From the sequence record DRR723986_5222: a stretch of 42,089 nucleotides of DNA. The stretch is one strand, 5' to 3'. Positions 18,237 to 26,636 of this stretch are shown here, piece after piece. Position 1 is the first letter of the stretch. Each line of letters starts with the position of its first letter. The notes under the pieces were generated by a model. That model made no database searches, had not been told where the DNA came from, and saw nothing but the letters and a program-made list of their open reading frames with translations. A program made the translations under genes and the position numbers.

Positions 18237-19919
18237 TCAGTCCTGCGGTTCGGGGGTGGGCATGTCCTCGATCAATCGGGTCTCTAGCAACTGCCCATTC
18301 TGATACAGGATCGGCGTCGCAACCGAAGCAATATGGCTGTTGAAATCCCGAAACGCCCGCAGGGTTTCCAGATGGATATCGCTTGTTTCAAAACTTTGCA
18401 CCTGACCGGCCTGCAGACGGCGAAAATGACGCTTTCGGCTGTTGCGCTCGGCGCGTTTAACCTCGGTCTTTTCACCGTTCAACAGGCGGGCGCTTTCCAA
18501 ATCATCCGAGATCAGCACATTCGAAGCCAAGCGCAGGTTGGCCAGAATGGTCTCGTGCATGTCCTGCAATTCGCTCCAACCCTCTTTCGAGAACTGTTTG
18601 CCAGTCCGCCGCAGGTCCCCGGCTAATACTGTCAAACGCTTGGCCACCACATCGCCAGCGGTTTCCAAACGGACGGCATATTCCATCATGTCCCGCGCAG
18701 TACCCGCGTTTTCTTTGCCCAACTCTTCGACCGGAAGAGCCGCCACAAAAGCCCTGACCCCGGATAGGCACTCGTTAACCTCGTGGTCTACGGCCTGCAC
18801 CGCCCGGATCTGATCCTTTTCGCCGGTTTTGTACAGCTTGAGCGTGGGGCGGAACATCGCTTCGACCAGGTCGGTCATACGCAGCAGCTCGCGCTTGAGG
18901 CTGAAAATCGCTTGGGAGGGCGACCCGACATCTTGTGGGTCCAATACGCTGGTTGGACGCGCCATCTGGTCAGCATCCACCGCCGGGGTCACGTCCGGCA
19001 ACAGACGCTCAAACGGACCACGCAGCGCTGAACAGAACGGTAAGGCCAAAACCAGCAACGACGCGTTGAACGCCAGATGCGCATTGACCAACATCTGCCC
19101 GCCGTAATCCGCACCCACAAGTCCAGCACCCAGAGCCGCGTTTACGGCAAACAAGGTGAAAACAGCCCATGTCCCGCGTAAAATAAGGTTGGCAACAGGA
19201 ATACGCCGCGCCGCGATATCCATCCCCCGTGTCAGCCAAACCGGGATAAAGGCACTGCCCATATTCGCTCCCAACACCAATGACAGCCCCGCCGCGAAAG
19301 GGATCGCGCCAATTTGCACCAGCGTCACGCACATCAAAATGGCCGCAACCGAGCTGTGCATCACAAAGGCCAGTGCAGCCCCAACGATAAACGCTGTGAT
19401 GTAATCGCGCGCCAGATATTCCGCGAGCGCAGGCAAAAAGGCACTGTCGCGGATTGGGTCCATCGCCTCGCGCAGGAACCGCAGCGAAATCAGGATAAAC
19501 GCAATCCCCATCAAGATCCGCCCCATCTGGCGTAGCTTTTTCTGCTCAGTCTTCACGAACAGCCAACCACCAACGGCAAGCAAAAGTGGCACCAACCAAT
19601 CCAGCTTGAAAGACAGGATCTGAATGATCAGAGCAGACCCCAGATCGCCACCCAGCACAATCGCCAGACCGGCGCCAAACCCCAACATGCCACTGGCGGC
19701 AAACCCCGAGGTCAACAAGGCCACCGCAGCCGAGCTTTGCAACACCACTGCCATCACCAGCCCGGCAAGGCTGGATTGCAGCAGGTTGCTTTGGCCCGTC
19801 ATCACCCGCTGGAACGAGGCGCCGTAACTGCGCTCGATCCCGGTACGCACCATGCGCACAGCAAACAGCAGCAACATGGTTGCACCGGCGAGACTGATAA
19901 GAAAGCTGACAATGGCCAT
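18237..19919 (-). CDS. Na/Pi cotransporter family protein with C-terminal PhoU-like domain
   Basis: Hydrophobic N-terminal half with repeated LQSSAA / MHSSVAA and LGGDLG / LGANMG motifs. Helical soluble C-terminus (LETAGD, ETSDIHLETLR). Confidence 0.88.
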   Translation of the reverse strand: MAIVSFLISLAGATMLLLFAVRMVRTGIERSYGASFQRVMTGQSNLLQSSLAGLVMAVVLQSSAAVALLTSGFAASGMLGFGAGLAIVLGGDLGSALIIQILSFKLDWLVPLLLAVGGWLFVKTEQKKLRQMGRILMGIAFILISLRFLREAMDPIRDSAFLPALAEYLARDYITAFIVGAALAFVMHSSVAAILMCVTLVQIGAIPFAAGLSLVLGANMGSAFIPVWLTRGMDIAARRIPVANLILRGTWAVFTLFAVNAALGAGLVGADYGGQMLVNAHLAFNASLLVLALPFCSALRGPFERLLPDVTPAVDADQMARPTSVLDPQDVGSPSQAIFSLKRELLRMTDLVEAMFRPTLKLYKTGEKDQIRAVQAVDHEVNECLSGVRAFVAALPVEELGKENAGTARDMMEYAVRLETAGDVVAKRLTVLAGDLRRTGKQFSKEGWSELQDMHETILANLRLASNVLISDDLESARLLNGEKTEVKRAERNSRKRHFRRLQAGQVQSFETSDIHLETLRAFRDFNSHIASVATPILYQNGQLLETRLIEDMPTPEPQD

Positions 19920-19923
19920 CGCG

Positions 19924-20697
19924 TTATCCGTTCACCAACGCCAACAGAGCGGCGTGCAACTCTGGCGTCGCCGCCGAAATCACGCGCCCATCAGATCTCA
20001 GAGTCAGAGGCTGGCCCTGCCAATCCGTCATCATGCCACCTGCGGCCTCCACCACCGCAGAGACCGGCAAATAGTCATAGGGCTGCAAATCATAATCGAC
20101 CACTGCGTCCACGTGACCAGCCGCCAACAAGGCGTGCGGATAACAATCATAGGCGAACCGACGCGTTTGGCCCGCCTTGGTGAGACGATCAAAGGTATGT
20201 GGGTGATCACGATAGATCTTTTCGCCTTCGTTCACATAAAGGATCGCCTGATCCAGGTCTGCCTGCTGTGAGCTTTGGATGGGCGTACCATTCAATGTCG
20301 CCCCTGTCCCTTTGGCCCCGATGAACACTTCACGCAGCGCTGGCATTCCAATCACGCCCAGTTGGGGTTCCCCATCCTTGAGCAGCCCCAACAACATGCC
20401 AAACAACGGATGCCCGGACAGAAACGATCGCGTGCCATCAATCGGATCAATGATCCACATGTGCGCACGATCCGCGCCCTCGATCCCGTGTTCTTCGCCG
20501 AAAATCCCGTGATCAGGGAAATGTTCGGCCAAATAGGATCGGATCAGGGCCTCGACCCCTTTGTCGGCCTGAGTGACTGGGCTTTCGTCTTCTTTAAACT
20601 CGATCCCTAGGCTTCCGCGAAAATAACCGCGCGCGGCCTCTCCGGCAAAATCGGCAATCTTGGCCGCGTGGGTCGTATACTCAATCGTGGTCAGCAT
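19924..20697 (-). CDS. Inositol monophosphatase family phosphatase (HisN-like subfamily)
   Basis: Motifs SPVTQAD, GEE, WIIDPIDGTRSF and PYDYLPVSAVVEAAGG. Start set at ATG 20697, downstream of GGAG. Confidence 0.88.
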   Translation of the reverse strand: MLTTIEYTTHAAKIADFAGEAARGYFRGSLGIEFKEDESPVTQADKGVEALIRSYLAEHFPDHGIFGEEHGIEGADRAHMWIIDPIDGTRSFLSGHPLFGMLLGLLKDGEPQLGVIGMPALREVFIGAKGTGATLNGTPIQSSQQADLDQAILYVNEGEKIYRDHPHTFDRLTKAGQTRRFAYDCYPHALLAAGHVDAVVDYDLQPYDYLPVSAVVEAAGGMMTDWQGQPLTLRSDGRVISAATPELHAALLALVNG

Positions 20698-21484
20698 CGC
20701 TGTCCGCTCCACTCGATAAATGTGTGACAATCCCCCAGTCGAGCAAGGCAGACGCCAGTTTTGCTCCGGGGGGTTGATCCGTTACCACCATATCCACCTG
20801 CCGCGGTTCCGGGCCTTGGTGGGGGGCGGTTTCGCTGAATTTGTGATGATCCACGGCCATTAGAACGCGTTCTGCGCTGTCGGCGATCACCCCTGCGAGA
20901 TTGGCTTCGGTCTCGTTTAGGTACAAAAACCCGCGCTTGGCGCTCAGCGCATCAACACTCAGGACCGCCATATCAAACGCAAACCGCCGGGCTTGCCGTT
21001 CGGTGACAAAGCCAAAGGTGCCGCGCTCATCACCCTGCATTTCCCCACCCAACAGGTGCACTTTGTTGCCATTGTGATTGACCAGTGCCTGCGCCACACC
21101 AATCGAATTGGTCGCAACCGTCAGACCCGAACGTTGGCGCAACTCTTCGGCCACAAAGGCCGTCGTGGTTCCGACATCCAGAAACAGGGTCATGCCATCA
21201 TGAACCTGATCCGCGACCCCCGCACCAATGGCCTGTTTTTCATCGGAATGGTGCGAAATGCGGCGGAAAAAGCTGGGATCACTCTGTGACCCGGTCAAAT
21301 AGGCCCCACCGTGCACCCGTTCGACTGCACCGGATTTTGACAGGGATTTGATAGTGCGACGCACGGTTTCCTCGGACACATCCAGCGCTTTGGCCAATTC
21401 CGCCCCGCGCGCCGATCCACCCAGCCGACGCAACGCGTCGAGCAGTTCCAGTTCCCGATGCGAATGGGTCGAGGATTGGGCCAC
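20681..21484 (-). CDS. DeoR/GlpR family transcriptional regulator (paralog of 10264-11058)
   Basis: HTH motif LGGSARGAELAKALDVSEETVRRTI..VERVHGG, plus LFLDVGTTT and VATNS. GTG start at 21484, downstream of GGAGG. Confidence 0.9.
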   Translation of the reverse strand: MAQSSTHSHRELELLDALRRLGGSARGAELAKALDVSEETVRRTIKSLSKSGAVERVHGGAYLTGSQSDPSFFRRISHHSDEKQAIGAGVADQVHDGMTLFLDVGTTTAFVAEELRQRSGLTVATNSIGVAQALVNHNGNKVHLLGGEMQGDERGTFGFVTERQARRFAFDMAVLSVDALSAKRGFLYLNETEANLAGVIADSAERVLMAVDHHKFSETAPHQGPEPRQVDMVVTDQPPGAKLASALLDWGIVTHLSSGADSDADHD

Positions 21485-21520
21485 GTTTGGGCCTCCGGTC
21501 AATTTGAATTCCCTCGTGAT

Positions 21521-21556
21521 GCCACAAAACTCCACAATTATTCAACCAAATTGTGG
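21521..21556. promoter_or_regulatory. Candidate DeoR-family operator, copy 2, in the divergent deoR/hydrolase promoter region
   Basis: CCACAA direct repeats at 21522 and 21532 (10-bp period) and the inverted repeat CCACAATT-N9-AATTGTGG (21532-21556). Confidence 0.5.
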
Positions 21557-21674
21557 GATATTCACACACGCTTGACCGCGCCACATGGAAAATTTGCGAA
21601 AAACCCTCTTTCCAGTGATGGAAAATGCCGGTTATGTGGGTTTGACCAACGACGCCCGCACATCGGAGCCCCTT

Positions 21675-23204
21675 ATGCGTGAGCCCAAGAATGTTCTCTT
21701 TGTCATAATCGACCAGCTGCGCGCTGATTGCGTCTTTGGGGCGCTAGCGGGTCATGTGGACCTGCCCAACCTGCGCGCCTTTATGGATGAGGCGGTGACG
21801 TTCAAACGCCACTTCTCAGCTGTGAACCCCTGTGGTCCCTCACGCGCGTCCTTGCTGACCGGGCAATATGCGATGAACCATCGGTCCGTGCGCAATGGCA
21901 CACCGCTGCGCCACGATACCCCGTCTGTTGCATCTGAAATGCGCAAGGCTGGATATGTTCCGATGCTGTTTGGCTATACCGACACTTCGCAAGACCCGCG
22001 CGCGTATCACCCCAGCGACCCTGCGGTGCACACCTACGAATACCCAATGGTCGGCTTTCACGAGATGGTGGAAATGCGGTTCGAGATGTCTTACCCGTGG
22101 CGCTCGCATCTGCTGAACAACGGCTACAATTTCGACAGTTATGAACAGGTCTATCAACCTGTCTCGCCCACTGGCGAGGCGCCCCGTGTGAATGACCCCG
22201 CGCTCTACCGGGCCGACGACAGCGACACCGCCTTTCTGACGGATCAATTTCTGGCCACTATGCCAGCCTATGCCGATCAGAACTGGTTCGCGCATCTGAC
22301 CTATATCCGGCCACACCCGCCGATGGTTGCGCCTGCGCCCTACAACGACATGTATGACCCCGGTCAGATCCCCCTGCCCGCCCGGCTTGCGGATGCAGAC
22401 GCGGAAACCGCCATCCATCCGTTCTGTGGCCCGGCGCAGGCCAACGCGACCCCTGCGCGCTTTGTGGTTGGGTTTCCGGATCTGGAACCAACGGATGAAA
22501 ACGTGCAGACCCTGCGCGCCATCTATTTCGGCCTCGCGACCGAGGTTGATCTGCATATCGGACGGGTCATCCAATTCTTGAAAGACAGTGGCCAATACGA
22601 CGACACGCTGGTGGTGATCACCGCCGATCACGGCGAAATGCTAGGCGACCGCCACTCCTGGGGTAAGATGTCCGTCTATGACGCCGCCTATCACACGCCG
22701 CTGATCATTCGTGCGCCGGGACTGTCCGAAGGCGTCGAGGTCACCGTGCCGACGGAATCAATCGACATCTCCCCAACCATTCTGGACTGGGTCGGGCAGG
22801 AAATTCCGAATTCCATGGATGGCCGGTCATTGATGCCGTTCTTGCAAGGTGAAACGCCACACGACTGGCGCGACTATTCCTTTTCCGAGCTGGACTTTTC
22901 AGACCCTGAAACGCCGTCGTTGTGGGAAAAGACCCTTGGCACAGGGCCTAGCGACTCATCGCTCGGCATCCTGCGCGACGATCGTTTTACGTTGGTTGAA
23001 TATGCGGCTGACCTAGCGCCAATCCTGTTTGACCATGAAAACGCAGGTGAATTCGCCAACGTCGCGGATCAGCCCGCGTATCAGGCGGATCTGAACCGCC
23101 TGACCCGGCAGATGCTGCGCCACAGGATGCGGAACATGGATCACACCCTGTCACTGGATTCGATCACCAATGACGGACCACGCAAACAGAAGCGGTATCC
23201 GTGA
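21675..23204 (+). CDS. Phosphonate monoester hydrolase/phosphodiesterase-like enzyme (alkaline phosphatase/sulfatase superfamily)
   Basis: Motifs NVLFVIIDQLRAD, formylglycine signature CGPSRASLLTG, MNHRSVRN, RPHPP and ADHGEMLGD. The GYTDTSQDPR segment resembles PMH/PehA enzymes as I recall them. No signal peptide. Start at ATG 21675, downstream of GGAG. Confidence 0.8.
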   Translation: MREPKNVLFVIIDQLRADCVFGALAGHVDLPNLRAFMDEAVTFKRHFSAVNPCGPSRASLLTGQYAMNHRSVRNGTPLRHDTPSVASEMRKAGYVPMLFGYTDTSQDPRAYHPSDPAVHTYEYPMVGFHEMVEMRFEMSYPWRSHLLNNGYNFDSYEQVYQPVSPTGEAPRVNDPALYRADDSDTAFLTDQFLATMPAYADQNWFAHLTYIRPHPPMVAPAPYNDMYDPGQIPLPARLADADAETAIHPFCGPAQANATPARFVVGFPDLEPTDENVQTLRAIYFGLATEVDLHIGRVIQFLKDSGQYDDTLVVITADHGEMLGDRHSWGKMSVYDAAYHTPLIIRAPGLSEGVEVTVPTESIDISPTILDWVGQEIPNSMDGRSLMPFLQGETPHDWRDYSFSELDFSDPETPSLWEKTLGTGPSDSSLGILRDDRFTLVEYAADLAPILFDHENAGEFANVADQPAYQADLNRLTRQMLRHRMRNMDHTLSLDSITNDGPRKQKRYP

Positions 23205-24668
23205 TCACCGCATCACAAACGGATCAGGGATCGGATCGTCCGAGGTCTTGAGCCAGACCGCCTTGACCTTGGTATAATCCAGCGCCGCCTGCATGCCGCC
23301 TTCGCGGCCATGACCTGACAACCCGTGCCCGCCAAAGGGCGCGATGGGAGAGACTGCGCGATAGGTGTTGACCCAGACGATGCCGGCGCGAATGCCCCGG
23401 ATCATCCGATGCGCGCGGGTCAGGCTGCTGGTGAATACGCCAGAAGCCAGACCAAAGGTTGTGTTATTGGCGATTTCCAACGCTTCTTCTTCGGTATCAA
23501 ACGACAGGACCGACAGTACCGGGCCGAAGAACTCGTTGGTGATGCAATCCGCTTGCGGCGCGTCTGAACAGTCGATGATCGTGGGCGGGAAATAGAACCC
23601 ATCACCCGCAATCGCCTGACCGCCAGTGACCACGCGCGCGCCCTGTTTTTCAGACACTTCGATCAGTGCCAGCGCATTGTCGCGTTGACGCAAGGTGCAC
23701 AACGGGCCGACCTCGGTCGCCATGTCAGTTGGATCCCCGATCACCACGGCTTCAGCCTTGGCCTTGAGCTTAGTCAGAAACTTGTCCTTGATCTTGTTCG
23801 AAATCACCAACCGCGATCCGGCAACACAGCTCTGCCCAGTCGCCGCAAAGATGCCTGAGACCTGCGCGTTGACCGCGCTGTCTATATCTGCGTCGTCAAA
23901 TACGATGAACGGGGATTTGCCGCCCAGCTCAAGCGAGGTTGAAGCGAGATTTTCGGCCGAATTTCGTACGATATGGCGTGCAGTCTCTGGTCCGCCGGTA
24001 AAAGCCACGTGCGCCACCTTTGGGTGGCTGGTCAGGGTCGCGCCCGCTTCGGGACCACCAGTGATGACGTTCAGCACCCCCTTTGGGAACCCGGCCTGAT
24101 CAAAAATCCGGGCAAATTCCAACATTGGCGCGGGACCTTCTTCGGATGCTTTCAGCACCACTGTACAACCAGCGGCCAATGCGGGTCCGATCTTTACAGC
24201 CGACAGGAACAACTGCGAATTCCACGGCACAATTGCAGCGACAACTCCGATGGGCTCGCGGCGCAACCAGACCTCCATATCCGGTTTGTCGATAGGCAGA
24301 TGCGCGCCTTCGATCTTATCCGCCAGCCCGGCGTAATAGCGATAGTACTCCGCAACATAAGCGATCTGCGCGCTGGTTTCGCGAATAATCTTGCCGGTGT
24401 CACGGGTTTCCAGCTCGGCCAGACGAGCGGCGTTTTCTGCCACCAGATCGGCCAGACGATGCAACAACTTGCCGCGCTGGGTCGCTGTCATGAGCGCCCA
24501 TTCAGACCCTAAAAAGGCCGTTTCAGCAGCTTTGACCGCGCGGTTCACATCTGCGGCCTGCGCCTCGGGCATGCTGGCCCACGCCGCACCCGTGGCCGGA
24601 TCGATGCTGTGAAGCTGCGCTGATCCGTCGTCAAACGCGCCGTCGATATACTGCTGAAACTGTTGCAT
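23205..24668 (-). CDS. tgnC: Aldehyde dehydrogenase, TgnC-like
   Basis: Motifs VPWNSQ, FTGG, LELGGKSP, GQSCVAG and EFFGPVL. The tgnC assignment comes from gene context next to the tgnB-like gene. Confidence 0.75.
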   Translation of the reverse strand: MQQFQQYIDGAFDDGSAQLHSIDPATGAAWASMPEAQAADVNRAVKAAETAFLGSEWALMTATQRGKLLHRLADLVAENAARLAELETRDTGKIIRETSAQIAYVAEYYRYYAGLADKIEGAHLPIDKPDMEVWLRREPIGVVAAIVPWNSQLFLSAVKIGPALAAGCTVVLKASEEGPAPMLEFARIFDQAGFPKGVLNVITGGPEAGATLTSHPKVAHVAFTGGPETARHIVRNSAENLASTSLELGGKSPFIVFDDADIDSAVNAQVSGIFAATGQSCVAGSRLVISNKIKDKFLTKLKAKAEAVVIGDPTDMATEVGPLCTLRQRDNALALIEVSEKQGARVVTGGQAIAGDGFYFPPTIIDCSDAPQADCITNEFFGPVLSVLSFDTEEEALEIANNTTFGLASGVFTSSLTRAHRMIRGIRAGIVWVNTYRAVSPIAPFGGHGLSGHGREGGMQAALDYTKVKAVWLKTSDDPIPDPFVMR

Positions 24669-24677
24669 TTCTAATCC

Positions 24678-25715
24678 TTACTGAAACGCGGGCATAACGT
24701 CGTTGATGAACCGTTCGAGCGAAGCCTTCTTACGCTCAAAGCTCATGCTGGAGTCGATCCAGAACGAGAACTCATCATAGCCCAACGCCTCGTACTTTTT
24801 GAGCCGTTCAATTACCGCTGCGGGTTCTCCGATCACCAGATCCCGTTCCATGGCCTCAGGCGTATAGAACGGATGCGCCGCGATTTCTTCGTCGCTGAGC
24901 GTTTTGATCAACCCCTGTTCAACAGGGCGTTCGTTTTTGAACCATGCACCAAAGTAGTTGTAAAACCGGTTCAGCTCTTCGGCGCCCAGTTTAACATCCT
25001 CGGGGCTGTTGGCCACATAGGTGTGCAACAACAACATGATCTTGGGGCGTGGTTGTTCCGGGAATTTGGCGCAAGCGTCGTTGAACTTGACCATCAGGCT
25101 TTCGATTTCAGCGTCACCCTGCCAAAGCGGCGTGACCTGCACGTTGCAACCATTTGAAACCGCGAATTCGTGGCTATTGGGATCGCGCGCCGCGACCCAG
25201 ATGGGCGGGCCGTTTTCCTGTACAGGCATCGGCGATGACGAGGTTTGAGGGAAGGAGTGGAATTCGCCCTCTTGGGCGCAATCGCCCTTCCATAGACCCT
25301 GAATTGCCGGGATCAGTTCACGCATACGCTGCCCTGCCTCCCAAGCATCCATGCCCGGCATCATGCGTTCGTATTCATAAGAATACGCCCCGCGCGCAAT
25401 GCCCAGATCCAGACGCCCCTCGGTGATGATATCGGTCATCGCCGCCTCGCCCGCCAACCGGATCGGGTGCCAGAACGGCGCGATTACGGTGCCGGTGCCT
25501 AGGCGCACGTTTTTCGTATGCCGTGCCACGTCGATTAGGTTCAACATCGGATTGGGCGAGATGGTGAAATTCATCCCGTGGTGTTCGCCGGTCCAGACCG
25601 CGTGCATGCCGCCATCATCGGCGATTTTGCACAGCTCGATGAATTCATCATACAGCTGTTTCTGGTCTTCATCCGGTGAAATACGCTCCATATGCGCAAA
25701 CAAAGAAAACTTCAT
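24678..25715 (-). CDS. tgnB: Luciferase-like flavin-dependent monooxygenase, trigonelline monooxygenase oxygenase component-like
   Basis: LLM motifs WTGEHH, RLGTG and GRLDLGIARG. MKFSLFAHMER, WVAARDPNSHEFAV and FWIDSSMSFERKKASL match my recollection of Acinetobacter TgnB. Confidence 0.8.
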   Translation of the reverse strand: MKFSLFAHMERISPDEDQKQLYDEFIELCKIADDGGMHAVWTGEHHGMNFTISPNPMLNLIDVARHTKNVRLGTGTVIAPFWHPIRLAGEAAMTDIITEGRLDLGIARGAYSYEYERMMPGMDAWEAGQRMRELIPAIQGLWKGDCAQEGEFHSFPQTSSSPMPVQENGPPIWVAARDPNSHEFAVSNGCNVQVTPLWQGDAEIESLMVKFNDACAKFPEQPRPKIMLLLHTYVANSPEDVKLGAEELNRFYNYFGAWFKNERPVEQGLIKTLSDEEIAAHPFYTPEAMERDLVIGEPAAVIERLKKYEALGYDEFSFWIDSSMSFERKKASLERFINDVMPAFQ

Positions 25716-25718
25716 GCC

Positions 25719-26636
25719 TTAACTCCCTGACACGATCGGGCGGACTTTGCCGCTGGTCTGGTTGCCGTAATATACCCCGTAGTTGCCCATGCGGCTTTCG
25801 CTGGCGAACCGTTCGAGCATGATGCGCACTGCTGGGTCAGCAATGTCCATCAAGGTCGACGCGCTCAGCTCGGTAAAACACCCCTTTGCTGGGGTGCCAT
25901 CAGCCGCTTGGCACAGAAACGAGATATGCTGGTGTTCGCGCGCACCATCTTCGAAAACAGAATAAATAAACCCGGGCTCTGCCGTGAGGCCTGAGGCCTC
26001 GATCAGTTTGGTCAAGGCGGCGCTAGCACCGTCTTTTCCAACGCGGATTTCTGGCAGGGCCAAACCGCCGTTGCCGTCATCCACCAACAGAACCTCGTTG
26101 CCACGTGCGATCAGCGCCGAAACGATCAGGTTTGCGTTCTGGCTCAGCGCCTCGGCCTCGGCCGCTGGTGTGACATAGGCCCCGCGCGCATAGCCAAGAC
26201 CCGGTGCGGGGCTGGTGTCATATGCCTGCACCTGACCAATCAGGATGACATGGTCGCCCGCTTCAACCGTTTTGTGCATGGAACAATCAAACCACGCAGA
26301 CACACCATCAAACACCGGCGACCCATGCGGGCCTGTGCGCCAGTCGACACAGGCAAAGCGGTCATCAACCGGGCGGGCAAAAGTGTTCGACACGTCTTTT
26401 TGATGCTCGGACAGGATGTTGATGGCAAAGCCATCCGCCTGCGTCAGCGCATCATAGTTCTGCGAAGAATTCGCCAAACAGACCAACACCAAGGGCGGAT
26501 CCATCGAAACAGAGGTGAATGAGTTCGCGGTAAAGCCCAACGGATTGCCCTCGGCGTCATGCGCCGTCACCACGGTCACGCCGGTCAAAAAGGTGCCAAA
26601 CGCATTGCGCAGGGCACGCGGATCAATCGTGGTCAT
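25719..26636 (-). CDS. tgnA: Flavin reductase with an extra C-terminal domain, TgnA-like
   Basis: Motifs LRNAFGTFLTGVTVVT, GFTANSFTSVSMDPPL and AGDH. Start set at the ATGA overlap, 26636, downstream of AAGGAG. Confidence 0.78.
   Translation of the reverse strand: MTTIDPRALRNAFGTFLTGVTVVTAHDAEGNPLGFTANSFTSVSMDPPLVLVCLANSSQNYDALTQADGFAINILSEHQKDVSNTFARPVDDRFACVDWRTGPHGSPVFDGVSAWFDCSMHKTVEAGDHVILIGQVQAYDTSPAPGLGYARGAYVTPAAEAEALSQNANLIVSALIARGNEVLLVDDGNGGLALPEIRVGKDGASAALTKLIEASGLTAEPGFIYSVFEDGAREHQHISFLCQAADGTPAKGCFTELSASTLMDIADPAVRIMLERFASESRMGNYGVYYGNQTSGKVRPIVSGS

Noticed and set aside
19924-20697. Calling the IMPase hisN
   Set aside because: It is HisN-like in sequence, but no his genes are nearby and the context is catabolic. 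The role is not excluded, so no symbol was assigned.
21675-23204. Choline sulfatase (betC) or arylsulfatase
   Set aside because: The sequence around the active site and the phosphate-related neighbours fit PMH/phosphodiesterases better, and no bet genes are present.
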